DNA of 64,000 bases from an uncultured Lachnospiraceae bacterium (GCA_949840915.1 CATKXY010000011.1:39192-103191); one strand, 5' to 3'; shown: positions 9,414 to 20,724, numbered from the stretch's first letter. Translations and numbers: made by a program. Notes: generated by a model not told the origin, from the letters alone.

Positions 9414-10895
9414 TTACAACATTTCATATACCTTTTTACAGGCGGGATAAATCTCCCGGAATCTGCGGTAACACGCCTCATATTTCTCCGCAAGCGCGGG
9501 GTCGGGTTCTATGGTCTCCGCCACTCTTACCACCGCTTCGGCTGCCGCCTCCACGGAAGGGTATTCTCCGCAGGCGACCGCCGCCAGCATGGCGCCGCCC
9601 AGGGCAGGTCCCTCCTCATTCTCCAGCACATCCACCTTCAGATTCATAATATTGGCTATCATCTTCTTCCAGAGCGGGCTCTTGGCGCCGCCTCCGCAGA
9701 TCTTGGTGCGCTCAGGGCAGATACCCAGGGATCTGGCGACCTCCAGGGAATCTCTCAGAGCAAATGCAACTCCCTCCAGCACAGCCTGAGTCATATCGGA
9801 TCTTGTGCTGTCCATGCTCATGCCGATAAATACGCCCCTAGCTTTGGGGTCATTGTGGGGCGAGCGCTCTCCCATGAGATACGGCAGAAAATACACCTTG
9901 TTCTCCCCCAGACGTTCCTCTGTGATATCCTGCTGCTCGGCATTGTAACGGTCCGTGTGAAGAATCTCCTCCATCCACCATTTGTTGCAGGAGGCCGCGC
10001 TGAGCATACATCCCATGAGATGATAGCTCCCGTCCGCATGGGCAAACGAATGCAGCGCATTATATCTGTCCACTCCAAACTCCTTCGAGGAGATAAAGAT
10101 TGTTCCGCTGGTTCCCAGCGAGATATTGCAGCTGCCGTCTCCCACAGTGCCTGTCCCCACAGCGGCGGCAGCATTGTCTCCGGCTCCGGCCGCGATCACA
10201 CAGGCTTCGGAAAGTCCGAGCTCCCGCGCCACTTCGGGCAGCACAGTACCCACCCGCTCATAACTCTCATAACAGCGGGGGAGCCAGCTTTTTTTCACGC
10301 CGCAGATCTCACACAGCTCCTCAGACCAGCAGCGGTTTTTCACATCAAACAACAGCATACCCGAGGCATCCGACACATCGGTACAGTGAACCCCGGTGAG
10401 TCTGTAGGCGATGTAATCCTTCGGCAGCATGATCTTTGCGATACGCGCAAAATTCTCCGGTTCTCTGTTTTTCACCCAGAGAATCTTGGGTGCGGTGAAA
10501 CCTGCAAACGCAATGTTGGCCGTGCAGGCCGACAGCTTCTCCCTGCCGATGGTCTCATTCAGATACTCGCACTCTGCAGCAGCTCTCCCGTCATTCCAGA
10601 GAATGGCCGGGCGGATCACCTCGTCCTTCTCATCCAGCATCACCAGTCCGTGCATCTGTCCGCCGAAGCTGATGCCCGCCACCTGCAAGCCGTCCGCTCC
10701 CGCCAGCAGCTCCCGGATCCCTTCCTTCGTCTGTTCCCACCAGTCGTAAGGATTCTGCTCCGACCAGCCGGGCTCGGGAAATTCCAGCGGATACGTGCGT
10801 GAAACGACCTTCTGAATCACTCCCCGGGAATCCATCAGCAGAAGCTTTACCGCGGAAGTTCCCAAATCCACTCCGATATATAACATTTTTTCCAT
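9414..10895 (-). CDS. xylB: Xylulokinase
   Basis: FGGY kinase: GVDLGTSAVK, GQMHG, ILWNDGR, DVSDASG, PYLMGERSP. Confidence 0.92.
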   Translation of the reverse strand: MEKMLYIGVDLGTSAVKLLLMDSRGVIQKVVSRTYPLEFPEPGWSEQNPYDWWEQTKEGIRELLAGADGLQVAGISFGGQMHGLVMLDEKDEVIRPAILWNDGRAAAECEYLNETIGREKLSACTANIAFAGFTAPKILWVKNREPENFARIAKIMLPKDYIAYRLTGVHCTDVSDASGMLLFDVKNRCWSEELCEICGVKKSWLPRCYESYERVGTVLPEVARELGLSEACVIAAGAGDNAAAAVGTGTVGDGSCNISLGTSGTIFISSKEFGVDRYNALHSFAHADGSYHLMGCMLSAASCNKWWMEEILHTDRYNAEQQDITEERLGENKVYFLPYLMGERSPHNDPKARGVFIGMSMDSTRSDMTQAVLEGVAFALRDSLEVARSLGICPERTKICGGGAKSPLWKKMIANIMNLKVDVLENEEGPALGGAMLAAVACGEYPSVEAAAEAVVRVAETIEPDPALAEKYEACYRRFREIYPACKKVYEML

Positions 10896-10942
10896 CCTTT
10901 CCGCCGCAGGCGCGGCTGTTGTTTATTATAAACAGTATTTAT

Positions 10943-13195
10943 CTAAGCTTTTTCGTTTTTTTCCCGCATCGGCCGCCGCTTTACCGCAGCCCGCAGTCTC
11001 CGCAGTTCCCTGCGCAGCTCCCCGCAGTCGCAGGCTGTCTCTCCGGCAAAAAACACCTGATAAAGAGCCTCCTCCTGCTCCCCCGGAATCTCCAGACCAT
11101 AATGTTCCCTGACGAACCCGAGCTGTTCCCTCAGAGTGCGAAGGACACGGTAATGCCGGCTCTTTCCTGACAGATACTGCTGCAATCTCCGGTATTCCAG
11201 CCGGACCTGTTCTCTCTCGGGCAGTGCACGCTCTCTTCTGCAGCGCACAATCCTGCCCGTCACAAAGACGGCGGCGGCAGACAGGGCTATGACCGGCAGC
11301 ACCAGACTGGCTCCGCCCAGAGCGGTCTCCAGATAGGCTCCCAGATTGTTCTCCCCGAGATTCAGCTCCGTTTCCTCACCGCCCGCATTCATGAACGCTT
11401 CCCAGAATGAGGTTCTGTCCTCGTCCGTGGAAGAAGGCGTGGGGTCCGCCACGATCCATCCCTTACCATCCACATAAATCTCCACCCATGCGTGGGCGTA
11501 GGCATCCGGTATCTCCATCTCCACCAGCGCCGTCTCCCCCAGCGGCGCATAGCCGTCATAATAATCCTCATATGCCTCGCCCTCCACCAGTATGCCGTTC
11601 TCCACCACATTCGAGTAAGAGAATGCATAGCCCTCCGCAAATCGTGCGGGAATCCCCATATTGCGAAACAGCATGACGGCGGCAGATGCAAAATGCGAGC
11701 AATATCCTCTCCTGCTTTCCAGCAGAAAATGCGAGATATAATCAGGATTTCCATAATACCAGCCGGGGCGCAGGGTATAGGAATAGTTATCCTGAAAATA
11801 GGCTCCGATCTGAGCCGCGATCTCCTCCGCAGTTCCCTGAAAACCTGCGGTATCGCACACTCTCTGCACTGCCTTCCTGCAGGCATCCGGCACAAACAGA
11901 TAGGCGTCATCCACCTCCGCTGCGATCAGATCCTCCGCATAGAAATCATACACCCAGCCATCAGCCGGATAATAATAATACTGAATAGCGGCGGCATCCT
12001 TCGTGTCCTTTGTCCACACGGCATCATATCCGGCAAATCCTGTGTAATACGGGCGGTACTCATACAATTTTGAGGCTCCTGCCCGCTCTACCGACATTAC
12101 GCCCCTGCCCTGTCTGTAGGATGCCTCAGCGTAAGTCTTCCTGCGGCTCTCCATCGTAGCCGACATCCGGCCGTCGTCCGCTCCCTCATCATCGGCTCTC
12201 GTCCAGCTCATTCCCTCATAATCCCGGCCTGTAAAGGCTTTCAGATAGACCGGCTCATAGCTGTAAGGCGTATAGCGCACAATCAGATCCGTCTCATAGC
12301 CCGGCATCACCGCAGCGCCCCGGCTGAGCCTTCCTCCGCTGATACCGGCGCCCGTCCTTCCCCGGCCGAACAATGACATCAGACCAAACTGAACCAGATT
12401 ACTCACGCCCGCTTCCGATGCCTCACGGGCCGCGCTGGCCGGCACCACACTGTTATAGACCGTCTCCGGCAGCAGAAACGTCGCCGCCCGCACCAGCACA
12501 ACTGCCACAAGAACTGCAAAAGGCAGTATATAGCGCATCTGTCTCGAAAAATAATCCCGGGCCCCTCCCTGCAGTATGGCTGCAGCCACATAACCGGAAA
12601 GCAAAAACAGCAGATAGATCAATGCCGGCGACTGCTTAAAATAAAGAGGGATCAGATATGGCGTAAAAGTCACCAGCAATATTTTAATAAAACTGCATTT
12701 ATTCTGCAGCTGTATGTTGAGCAGTATCACCCCCACCATGCTTAAAAAGAGAACAAATACGGTGACTGTAGTATATTCCTCCCGGACCCTCAGCGCATAT
12801 TCCGTACCGTTTACAATATTCAGACTCTGTCTGGCCACCGAATTCATCCGGTTCAGGATAGCGTAATAGCCGCTGTTGATGACCCAGTAATTCGTGGCCG
12901 CTACATAGAGATATATGACAAAAAGAACAATGCTTGTGAGATTGGTCAGCCATCGTCTGCCCGTCTCATAAACCGCGCTCAGAAGCAGCGCAAGTCCAAA
13001 CACCCCAAGCATGCACAGGCCATTGTGATACTCTATCTCATAGGCGGACAAAAAGCCTCCCAGAGCGCCGTAGACCAACAGAAAGATCAAGAGCGCTTTG
13101 GCCGTCACCGCAAAAAAATCATATTTACTTTCCTGCTCCTGCTCAAGAGACAGTTCCGAATGATGCTCCTGCTTTCTTCTACCGAATATACGCAC
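10943..13195 (-). CDS. Membrane protein with a transglutaminase-like domain
   Basis: Multiple TM helices; GYCSHFASA, HAWVE and DPTP give a Cys-His-Asp triad. Confidence 0.88.
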   Translation of the reverse strand: MRIFGRRKQEHHSELSLEQEQESKYDFFAVTAKALLIFLLVYGALGGFLSAYEIEYHNGLCMLGVFGLALLLSAVYETGRRWLTNLTSIVLFVIYLYVAATNYWVINSGYYAILNRMNSVARQSLNIVNGTEYALRVREEYTTVTVFVLFLSMVGVILLNIQLQNKCSFIKILLVTFTPYLIPLYFKQSPALIYLLFLLSGYVAAAILQGGARDYFSRQMRYILPFAVLVAVVLVRAATFLLPETVYNSVVPASAAREASEAGVSNLVQFGLMSLFGRGRTGAGISGGRLSRGAAVMPGYETDLIVRYTPYSYEPVYLKAFTGRDYEGMSWTRADDEGADDGRMSATMESRRKTYAEASYRQGRGVMSVERAGASKLYEYRPYYTGFAGYDAVWTKDTKDAAAIQYYYYPADGWVYDFYAEDLIAAEVDDAYLFVPDACRKAVQRVCDTAGFQGTAEEIAAQIGAYFQDNYSYTLRPGWYYGNPDYISHFLLESRRGYCSHFASAAVMLFRNMGIPARFAEGYAFSYSNVVENGILVEGEAYEDYYDGYAPLGETALVEMEIPDAYAHAWVEIYVDGKGWIVADPTPSSTDEDRTSFWEAFMNAGGEETELNLGENNLGAYLETALGGASLVLPVIALSAAAVFVTGRIVRCRRERALPEREQVRLEYRRLQQYLSGKSRHYRVLRTLREQLGFVREHYGLEIPGEQEEALYQVFFAGETACDCGELRRELRRLRAAVKRRPMREKNEKA

Positions 13196-14210
13196 CCTTG
13201 TTTGCTCCCGTCTGAATCAATATATATGCAGCCCCCGGATGTTCGGCAGCCATCTGCTCCTGTGCACGGCCCGCCGGATGAAAGCCTGTATCGCTCAAAA
13301 TTTCTGTCAGCGCATTCTCCAGTTCTCCCTGTTCGATCATAAAACGGGTCCGCAGAGTCTCCCCCCGCCCCGGCCAATAAAGCTGAACGGGATAATCACC
13401 GTCAAGCAGCAGTCTGCACACCCCGTACAATGCCTCCACAAGCTCGTCATTCTGCTCTCTGTCCTCCCCCAGAGGCAGCAGCACACAGACAGTTTCGTGT
13501 CCTGTCGCCAGTCGTTCCCGCACCATCATTCTGCCCTGCTTGGCGGACAGCTTCCAGTGAATGCTCTTCAGCGCATCTCCCGGGATATATTCTCTGATCT
13601 CATATTCGGGATTGTAGTCCGTCCCCCGCCTCCTGCTCTCGTTCTCATCCGGAAAACCCTCCACGCAATCGCATGGCTTCCCCGTCTCGCCGCTCTCGGA
13701 AAAATGCGGCCAGACAAGCACGCCTGCATCGGTTTTTCCGCACTCGGACAGATAACATATATGAAACAGGTCATAGACCCGAAATTCCTCTATGCAGATC
13801 TCCACACGCCCTGCGTACCGGCTCCTCAGAGATCCGTCACTGCTGCTGCCACTCAGAGGGGCCGCCCAGAAATGCTCTGTCTCCCGCTCGGAATATCCGG
13901 TAAAAACATTGCTTCTGCGGTAAGTGATATCCGTGGAAAACCCGGCCAGTCTCTCTGGATTTCTCACCTTCATGCTAAAGGAAAAGGGCGTTCCCCTCCC
14001 CACTCTGTCGGAGGGCAGTACCACTTCCGCCCGGATCCCATTTCTGCCGTGCCATAACAGCAGGACCGAGACCAATGCACAGCACGGCATCAGGATCAGG
14101 ATCAAAAAGAGCATATAGCTGCGAAAAAAACTCCACAGCCATAGCGCCAGGCCGAACAGAATCACAAACCGCATGATTCCCCTGATGTTTGGTCTCAGCT
14201 TTTTCTCCAT
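13179..14210 (-). CDS. DUF58 (VWA-related) protein
   Basis: IREYIPGDALKSIHWKLSAK signature; sits between MoxR and the transglutaminase gene. Confidence 0.88.
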   Translation of the reverse strand: MEKKLRPNIRGIMRFVILFGLALWLWSFFRSYMLFLILILMPCCALVSVLLLWHGRNGIRAEVVLPSDRVGRGTPFSFSMKVRNPERLAGFSTDITYRRSNVFTGYSERETEHFWAAPLSGSSSDGSLRSRYAGRVEICIEEFRVYDLFHICYLSECGKTDAGVLVWPHFSESGETGKPCDCVEGFPDENESRRRGTDYNPEYEIREYIPGDALKSIHWKLSAKQGRMMVRERLATGHETVCVLLPLGEDREQNDELVEALYGVCRLLLDGDYPVQLYWPGRGETLRTRFMIEQGELENALTEILSDTGFHPAGRAQEQMAAEHPGAAYILIQTGANKGAYIR

Positions 14211-15130
14211 CAGACTGCCTGTACCCTTTCCGTAATCTCCAGAATCACATCCGACACGTCCACCCCCTCCGCACGGGCACGGGCATTCAGATGAATACGA
14301 TGTCTCCAGACATCCTCTATCACCGCCAGCACGTCCTCAGGAATCACATATTCTCCCCCCCGCATCAGTGCCATGGCCCTGGCCATCTTCAGCAGTGCGA
14401 TGCCTCCTCTGGGACTGACTCCCAGCGCAATGCGGGAATCATTCCGGGTGGCCTCGGTGAGATTGACCAGATACTCATAAATACCGGGCTCCACATGGAG
14501 TTCGTCCGCCTCCCTGCGCAGCTCCAGCAGACGTTCCACTGTGATGACACTCTGCACCTGAGTCAGATCCCTGCCAGCGCTGCCCTTCAGAATATCCAAC
14601 GCCGCCGCATGCGACGGATATCCCATATTCAGACAGATCAGGAACCTGTCAAGCTGAGATTCGGGAAGCAGCTGTGTGCCCGAGGACCCGAAAGGATTCT
14701 CGGTGGCGATCACCGTAAAAGGATTGGGCAGCGCATGTCCCACGCCGTCCACCGTCACTCTCGACTCCTCCATCACCTCAAGCAGCGCCGACTGCGTCTT
14801 GGAGGAGGTGCGGTTCAATTCATCCGCCAGAAACAGATTGCAGAACACGGCACCCTCTCTGTATTCAAATTCACCGGTTCCGCTGTTGTACATGGTAAAA
14901 CCTACGATATCGCTGGGCAGCACATCCGGCGTAAACTGCATTCTCCTGTAGGAAAGCTCCATAGCTTTGCCCAGAGCCATAGCCAGCGTAGTCTTGCCCA
15001 CACCCGGTATATCCTCCAGAAGCACATGTCCTCCGGCCAGTACGGCAGCCAGCACCTTGCGTATTACCCCGTCCTTGCCCTTTACCACCTTATTTACTTC
15101 CGTGACAATCCGTTCCAGCTCCGTATTCAT
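14210..15130 (-). CDS. MoxR family AAA+ ATPase
   Basis: EDIPGVGKTT, QFTPDVLPSD, LADELNR, ATENP, SPRG. Confidence 0.95.
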   Translation of the reverse strand: MNTELERIVTEVNKVVKGKDGVIRKVLAAVLAGGHVLLEDIPGVGKTTLAMALGKAMELSYRRMQFTPDVLPSDIVGFTMYNSGTGEFEYREGAVFCNLFLADELNRTSSKTQSALLEVMEESRVTVDGVGHALPNPFTVIATENPFGSSGTQLLPESQLDRFLICLNMGYPSHAAALDILKGSAGRDLTQVQSVITVERLLELRREADELHVEPGIYEYLVNLTEATRNDSRIALGVSPRGGIALLKMARAMALMRGGEYVIPEDVLAVIEDVWRHRIHLNARARAEGVDVSDVILEITERVQAV

Positions 15131-15154
15131 CCGCCCATATCCTTTTTATAATCG

Positions 15155-16519
15155 CTAAATCGCTTGAAACCGAGAAATCTCCTTCTTCAGATCGTTGGAA
15201 ACCTCGTCATTTATGTTTGTATAATCCTGAACCTCCTCCATATTGGCGGACAATTCCTGCATGATATCCGAAAGCTTTGACAGCTTGGCATTTTCATCCT
15301 GTATCGCCTGTGATATCCGGCCCACTCCGGAATTGGCATTTTCAGATCCCCGGGACAGCTCGTCCGATCTGTGATGGAATTCGCTCATCATACTCTCCAG
15401 AGTATCCGCATCGCTCAGATACTTCATGGAAGCCGCCACAAAGCGGTCATAATCCGCCAGCACATTTGTATTGACAAAATCAAGCAGCTTGCCGGAGGAA
15501 GCCGTCATCTCCTCCACACAGGAAATGACCTCATTGCTGATCTGCTGAATGCTGTTGGCCGTATTGCGGCTATTGTCCGCAAGTGCCCTTATCTCATCGG
15601 CCACCACCGCAAAGCCCTTGCCTGCCTCGCCCGCTCTGGCCGCCTCAATGGAAGCATTCAGTGCGAGGAGATTGGTCTGACTGGCAATGGAAAGGATCTC
15701 TCCCGTGAGATCCTGAATCGAATTCACACTCTTACTGCTTTCCATGGAGCTGCGCAAAACCGCCTCCAGGGAAGCGGTAACCTGTTCCGACTCGCTTTTG
15801 CTGTTGGTGGCAAGCTCCTTGATATCGTTTGCCCGCTCCTTCATCTCGGCCGCGTAAGCGCTGCCCGACACGGCAGAATCGGAAATCGCACCGCTGCTTT
15901 GATTCAGCGTCTGCATATCCGCAGTCATCTGCTCCAGCGTCTCCACAAGCGCCTGCATTTCATGGCAAAGCCGGTCAGCCTCCTGAGACACCTCCTTCAT
16001 ATTCTGTGAGGAAACAGATACCTTGGATACAATTTTGCCCGACGAATCGTCCAGAGAAACGGAATGGCCCTGGATGCTTTTCATAATCGTCTGAAGCTTA
16101 TTCAGGAACAGATTAATGCCAAAGATGAGTCTTCCTATTTCGTCCTCTCTTTTGCTCCGGATACGTTCATTCAGATCGCCTTCATCATGCTCCAGACGCC
16201 CAATCAGTTTGCTGAGCTGTCTTTCCGTATCCTTCAGCGGCCTGACAAAGCATATATATGTAATGACGATAGTCAGAATCACCAGCAATAACTGTAAGGA
16301 TGAAATAGCGCCGACCTGTGCCAGCTGAGCGCTGACACCCTCGGACGACTCGTCCGCCACAGCGGCTATGTCCGCCGACACCTCACCCGATGCGGCAATC
16401 TCCTGAAACGCCTGTCTGGCAGACTGCAGATTTGCAGTGGTCGTTACATTTACTGTGATTGTCAAAATAAAAATAAAAATCAGTGGCAGCATCATCCTGA
16501 AAGAAACCGTTTTTTTCAT
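15155..16519 (-). CDS. Methyl-accepting chemotaxis protein with a short extracellular loop
   Basis: Two TM helices, [33 protein letters not shown]. Confidence 0.95.
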   Translation of the reverse strand: MKKTVSFRMMLPLIFIFILTITVNVTTTANLQSARQAFQEIAASGEVSADIAAVADESSEGVSAQLAQVGAISSLQLLLVILTIVITYICFVRPLKDTERQLSKLIGRLEHDEGDLNERIRSKREDEIGRLIFGINLFLNKLQTIMKSIQGHSVSLDDSSGKIVSKVSVSSQNMKEVSQEADRLCHEMQALVETLEQMTADMQTLNQSSGAISDSAVSGSAYAAEMKERANDIKELATNSKSESEQVTASLEAVLRSSMESSKSVNSIQDLTGEILSIASQTNLLALNASIEAARAGEAGKGFAVVADEIRALADNSRNTANSIQQISNEVISCVEEMTASSGKLLDFVNTNVLADYDRFVAASMKYLSDADTLESMMSEFHHRSDELSRGSENANSGVGRISQAIQDENAKLSKLSDIMQELSANMEEVQDYTNINDEVSNDLKKEISRFQAI

Positions 16520-16585
16520 CCGCCGATATCTCCTTATATTTAACTATTTATATGATTATATACTATTTTTTCTCCAAACACAACT

Positions 16586-16633
16586 ATAGTCTGAGCCCGC
16601 CGCGGATTCACTCCCGCGGCGGTTTCAGACTAT
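16586..16633. terminator. Long GC-rich inverted repeat after the Rrf2 gene (terminator or REP-like)
   Basis: ATAGTCTGAgcCCGCCGCGG...CCGCGGCGGttTCAGACTAT. Confidence 0.55.
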
Positions 16634-16686
16634 CATTTACAGATGTTGTCCGCATATCGGACTGCATTTTGCAGCATCCGTACACA

Positions 16687-17127
16687 TCAGATACTGTAGT
16701 CCAGTGCCTCAGTTCTCTTTTTGTGCCGGTCTGCCAGATCTGCGATGGTGACGCCGTCCACCACATCGTTTATGGCCTTTGCAAGCTCCTTCCAGACAGC
16801 CAGCGTCTCACAGGTATCACATCTCTCACAGGCTTCCGCCCCTTCCTCCAGACAGGACACCGGAGCCAGACTTCCCTCCGTCGCCCGAAGCACCATTCCC
16901 ACCGTATAATTCTTTGGCGCACCGGCAAGGCGATATCCACCCTGCGCACCGCGGACGCTCTTCACATAGCCCGCCCGGCTCAGAGCCGCAATGATCTGTT
17001 CAAGATATTTCTCGGAAATGCCCTGACTGGCGGCAATATCCTTTACCTTGATACACGCATCCGTATCCCGCAGCGCCAGATCCAACATGACCCGCACCGC
17101 ATATCTGCCTCTGGTTGAGATTTTCAT
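16687..17127 (-). CDS. Rrf2 family regulator (CymR/IscR-like)
   Basis: MKISTRGRYA, SVRGAQGGY, cysteine cluster CLEEGAEACERCDTC; last gene of the cysK-metNIQ operon. Confidence 0.92.
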   Translation of the reverse strand: MKISTRGRYAVRVMLDLALRDTDACIKVKDIAASQGISEKYLEQIIAALSRAGYVKSVRGAQGGYRLAGAPKNYTVGMVLRATEGSLAPVSCLEEGAEACERCDTCETLAVWKELAKAINDVVDGVTIADLADRHKKRTEALDYSI

Positions 17128-17143
17128 ATCAAACTTCTACCTC

Positions 17144-17965
17144 TTACTGATTAAACGGAATCACACCACCGTTATAATTGTCGAAAATATATTGCTGCAT
17201 CTCAGCGGACTTCAGCGCGGACACAAGTGCCTGAATCTTTGCGCTGTTCTCATTTCCTTCTTTCACGGCGATCACATTCACATAAGTGGATGCCGCCTCG
17301 GAGTCGACGCTCTCATATGCCAGCGAGTCCCCGGCCACAGAATAACCTGCCTCCATCGCATAGTTACCGTTCATAATGGCAAAAGACACATCGGGCAGAG
17401 TTCTGGGAATCTGTGCCGCCTCAAGCTCCACCAGCTGGATGTTGTAGGGATTCTCAACGATATCCAAAGCTGTGGCAGTCAGGCCCACGCCTTCCTTCAG
17501 CTTGATATAGCCATTGTCCTGCAGAAGAAGCAGCGCTCTGGCTTCATTGGTGGTGTCATTGGGAACTGCAATCGACGCGCCCTCGATATTTGCCAGGTCG
17601 GACTCCTTCCCGGGATAAAGACCAAAGGGCTCATAGTGAATACCTCCGGCATTTACCAGATGGGTACCCTTCTTTTGATTGAACTCTTCCAGATAAGGGA
17701 TGTGCTGGAAATAATTGGCGTCAAAATCGCCTGCCTCCACCACATTGTTGGGCTGGACATAATCGTTGAATATCTGGATCTCCAGCGTGTAGCCCTGCTC
17801 CTCCAGAATGGGAGCGGCCTGCTCGAGAAGCTCCGCGTGAGGCACGGCGCTGGCCGCAACCTTGATGACCTTATCATCCTTTCCGCCGCAGCCGGCCAGT
17901 GTGCTGACGCCCAGCACTGCCGCCGCAGTCAATGCCAGCCATTTTGTTTTCCTGCTCTTTTTCAT
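17144..17965 (-). CDS. metQ: Methionine ABC transporter lipoprotein
   Basis: Lipobox LAGC, PHAE, DANYFQHIPYL, PNDTTNEARAL; start set at MKKSRK. Confidence 0.92.
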   Translation of the reverse strand: MKKSRKTKWLALTAAAVLGVSTLAGCGGKDDKVIKVAASAVPHAELLEQAAPILEEQGYTLEIQIFNDYVQPNNVVEAGDFDANYFQHIPYLEEFNQKKGTHLVNAGGIHYEPFGLYPGKESDLANIEGASIAVPNDTTNEARALLLLQDNGYIKLKEGVGLTATALDIVENPYNIQLVELEAAQIPRTLPDVSFAIMNGNYAMEAGYSVAGDSLAYESVDSEAASTYVNVIAVKEGNENSAKIQALVSALKSAEMQQYIFDNYNGGVIPFNQ

Positions 17966-18006
17966 AATTGTATCCTCCTCATTGTATAAATAGTTATGCC
18001 TGACAG

Positions 18007-18684
18007 TCAGTTTACCCTTCTGTCCAGCTTTCTGGCAAGCTTCATGCCCGTCCACTGCATGATCTGCACCAGCAGCACCAGCAGCACCACAGTCACCAGC
18101 ATAATATCCGTCTCATAGCGGTAATAGCCGTAAGTTATGGCCGTGTCTCCCAGGCCCCCTCCGCCCACGACGCCGGCCATGGCGGAATACCCCAGCACGG
18201 TCCCCAGCACGATGGTCGCGCCGGCGATGAGGGATGTGCGGGCCTCTCCGATCATAACCTTGGTGATGATCGTCCAAAGGCCGGCCCCCATACTCTGAGC
18301 GGCCTCTATCACACCCTTTTCCACCTCCAGCAGAGAGGATTCCACCATACGGGCAATAAAAGGAGCCGCCGCCAGAGTCAGCGGAACGACCGTTGCCGTA
18401 GGGCCGTAGTTCTTGCCCACGATTGCTCTGGTCAGGGGAATCACCAGGATCAATAAGATCAAAAACGGTATGCTCCTCACAATATTCGCAGTGATATCCA
18501 ACACCTTGTAAACCAATCCGTTGGGGCGCAGTCCATCCTTTGCCGTGACCACGAGCGCCACCCCCATGGGCAGGCCCAGCGCATATCCCAGCAGAGTGGA
18601 CGCCAATGTCATGTACAGGGTTGTGAGTATATCTTCCCCCAGCATTTTAAATATCGCCGGTTCAAAAATCATCAGTTCAAACAT
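18007..18684 (-). CDS. metI: Methionine ABC transporter permease
   Basis: RSIPFLIL, EAAQSMGA, GYSAMAG.VGGGGLG. Confidence 0.93.
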   Translation of the reverse strand: MFELMIFEPAIFKMLGEDILTTLYMTLASTLLGYALGLPMGVALVVTAKDGLRPNGLVYKVLDITANIVRSIPFLILLILVIPLTRAIVGKNYGPTATVVPLTLAAAPFIARMVESSLLEVEKGVIEAAQSMGAGLWTIITKVMIGEARTSLIAGATIVLGTVLGYSAMAGVVGGGGLGDTAITYGYYRYETDIMLVTVVLLVLLVQIMQWTGMKLARKLDRRVN

Positions 18685-19684
18685 AGGACTCCACCTCCTC
18701 CACCGCAAGCTTTCTCTCACGCAGATACTGTATCATACGTTCCGCCACAGTCTCGTCCTGCGGAAGCTGCAGGATCATCTGCCCGTGGGCAATGCCGCCG
18801 ATATCCTTGGTATCCGCCAGAAGAATATTCACAGGCGCTTTACACTCCAGAACCATGTTGGCGATCACGGGCTCAAAGGACGAATTTTCACTGAACACAA
18901 TGCGGATGCAGCGTTTGCCCGCCATCTCCTCCACCCTCGCGTCCGCCATGAACACCAGCTCTTTAGCGGCTCTGGATTGGGGTCTGCGAAAGACCTCCTC
19001 TACCGTTCCGTGTTCCGCCAGCTCGCCCGAGTCAATGATTGCCACATGGGAACAGACTTCCTGGACCACACTCATCTCATGGGTGATGATGACGATGGTG
19101 ATGCCGAATTCCCGGTTGATCTGCTGCAGCAGCGCCAGTATCGACTTTGTGGTGGCGGGATCCAGCGCGCTGGTGGACTCGTCACAGAGCAGAATCTTGG
19201 GATTGTTGGCCAGCGCCCTGGCAATGGCTACGCGCTGCTTCTGTCCTCCGGAGAGCTGGGAAGGGTAGCTTCCCTCCTTCTCCTCCAGCCCCACGATCTT
19301 TAAAAGTTCTCTCGCACGTCCCACCGCTTCAGCACGCTTTTTTCCCGCGATCTCCATGGGGAAACAGACATTATCGAGCACATTTCTCTGCATCAGCAGA
19401 TTGAAATGCTGAAAGATCATGGCGATCTCCGTGCGCACCAGCCGCAGCTCACGCTCACGCAGAGTTGACAGATCCTTGTCTTCTATTATCACCGTTCCGG
19501 CAGTGGGCCGCTCCAAAAAGTTGAGACAGCGCACCAGTGTGGATTTGCCGGCGCCGCTCATCCCGATGATACCATAAATATCTCCCTTTTGAATATCCAG
19601 GCTGATGCCCTTGAGCGCTTCCACCTGATTGCCCTTGCCGATAAAGGTCTTGGTAACATTCCGTATCTGAATCATCGGTTCCAT
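18677..19684 (-). CDS. metN: Methionine ABC transporter ATPase
   Basis: GMSGAGKS, LSGGQKQRV, CDESTSALDP, C-terminal NIL-like domain. Confidence 0.93.
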   Translation of the reverse strand: MEPMIQIRNVTKTFIGKGNQVEALKGISLDIQKGDIYGIIGMSGAGKSTLVRCLNFLERPTAGTVIIEDKDLSTLRERELRLVRTEIAMIFQHFNLLMQRNVLDNVCFPMEIAGKKRAEAVGRARELLKIVGLEEKEGSYPSQLSGGQKQRVAIARALANNPKILLCDESTSALDPATTKSILALLQQINREFGITIVIITHEMSVVQEVCSHVAIIDSGELAEHGTVEEVFRRPQSRAAKELVFMADARVEEMAGKRCIRIVFSENSSFEPVIANMVLECKAPVNILLADTKDIGGIAHGQMILQLPQDETVAERMIQYLRERKLAVEEVESYV

Positions 19685-19772
19685 TGTTTTCTTCCTTTCC
19701 GCAGACCTACCGCTCTACCCGAAGATTTTAACACGCCTTGGGCATTCCTGCAAGCGCTATAGTCGTCAGGCT

Positions 19773-20711
19773 TTATTCTTCCGTAAACATGGGTGTGGAC
19801 AGGTATCGGTCGCCGGAGTCGGGCAGGAGGGCGACGATGGTCTTGCCTGCATTCTCGGGGCGCTTTGCCAAAACCGCTGCGGCGTAGAGGGCAGCGCCTG
19901 AGGTAATGCCCACCAGAATCCCTTCTCTGCGGGCGATGGCGCGGCCTGTGGAGAAAGCTTCCTCCGCAGTCACAGGGATAATCTCGTCATAGACCTGCGT
20001 ATTCAGGACTGAGGGCACAAAGCCTGCGCCAATCCCCTGCAGCTTGTGGGGACCGGGCTGCCCGCCGGAGAGCACGGGCGAGTCGGCAGGCTCCACCGCC
20101 ACCACTTTGATACCGGGATTTCTGGACTTCAGATAAGCTCCCACACCTGTGATTGTGCCGCCGGTTCCAACGCCTGCCACAAAAATATCAACGCGTCCCT
20201 CTGTGTCCTCCCAGATCTCGGGACCGGTGGACGCCGCATGTACCGCCGGGTTTGCCGGATTGTCAAACTGTCCGAGAATCACGCCGCCGGGAATTGACTT
20301 CTCCAGTTCCTGAGCTTTTTCGATGGCGCCTTTCATACCCTTTGCACCATCCGTCAAAACCAGCTCCGCGCCATAGGCTTTCAGCAGATTCCTGCGCTCC
20401 ACGCTCATGGTCTCGGGGAGCGTGAGAATCGTCCGGTATCCCTTGACAGCCGCCACGCTGGCGAGACCGATTCCTGTGTTGCCGGAGGTCGGTTCAATAA
20501 TGACAGATCCCTCTTTGACGATCCCTTTCTTCTCGGCATCCTCGATCATGGCCAGCGCCACTCTGTCCTTCACGCTTCCGGCGGGATTCAGATACTCCAG
20601 CTTCGCCAGCAGGACCACGTTCCCGATATCCTCCCCGCGGCAGTAATTCTCCACCTGAAGAAGCGGGGTGTGGCCGATCAGTTCTGTGGCTTTTGTATAG
20701 ATTGCGCTCAT
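19773..20711 (-). CDS. cysK: Cysteine synthase A
   Basis: [37 protein letters not shown]. Confidence 0.96.
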   Translation of the reverse strand: MSAIYTKATELIGHTPLLQVENYCRGEDIGNVVLLAKLEYLNPAGSVKDRVALAMIEDAEKKGIVKEGSVIIEPTSGNTGIGLASVAAVKGYRTILTLPETMSVERRNLLKAYGAELVLTDGAKGMKGAIEKAQELEKSIPGGVILGQFDNPANPAVHAASTGPEIWEDTEGRVDIFVAGVGTGGTITGVGAYLKSRNPGIKVVAVEPADSPVLSGGQPGPHKLQGIGAGFVPSVLNTQVYDEIIPVTAEEAFSTGRAIARREGILVGITSGAALYAAAVLAKRPENAGKTIVALLPDSGDRYLSTPMFTEE

Positions 20712-20724
20712 GATAAGCACCTCC

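Noticed and set aside
10943-15130. MoxR-DUF58-transglutaminase triad as a novel system
   Set aside because: A well-known, widespread gene triad; nothing atypical seen.
19685-19772. Possible SAM or T-box riboswitch before metN
   Set aside because: Only 88 bp long, with no recognisable S-box or T-box consensus or terminator.
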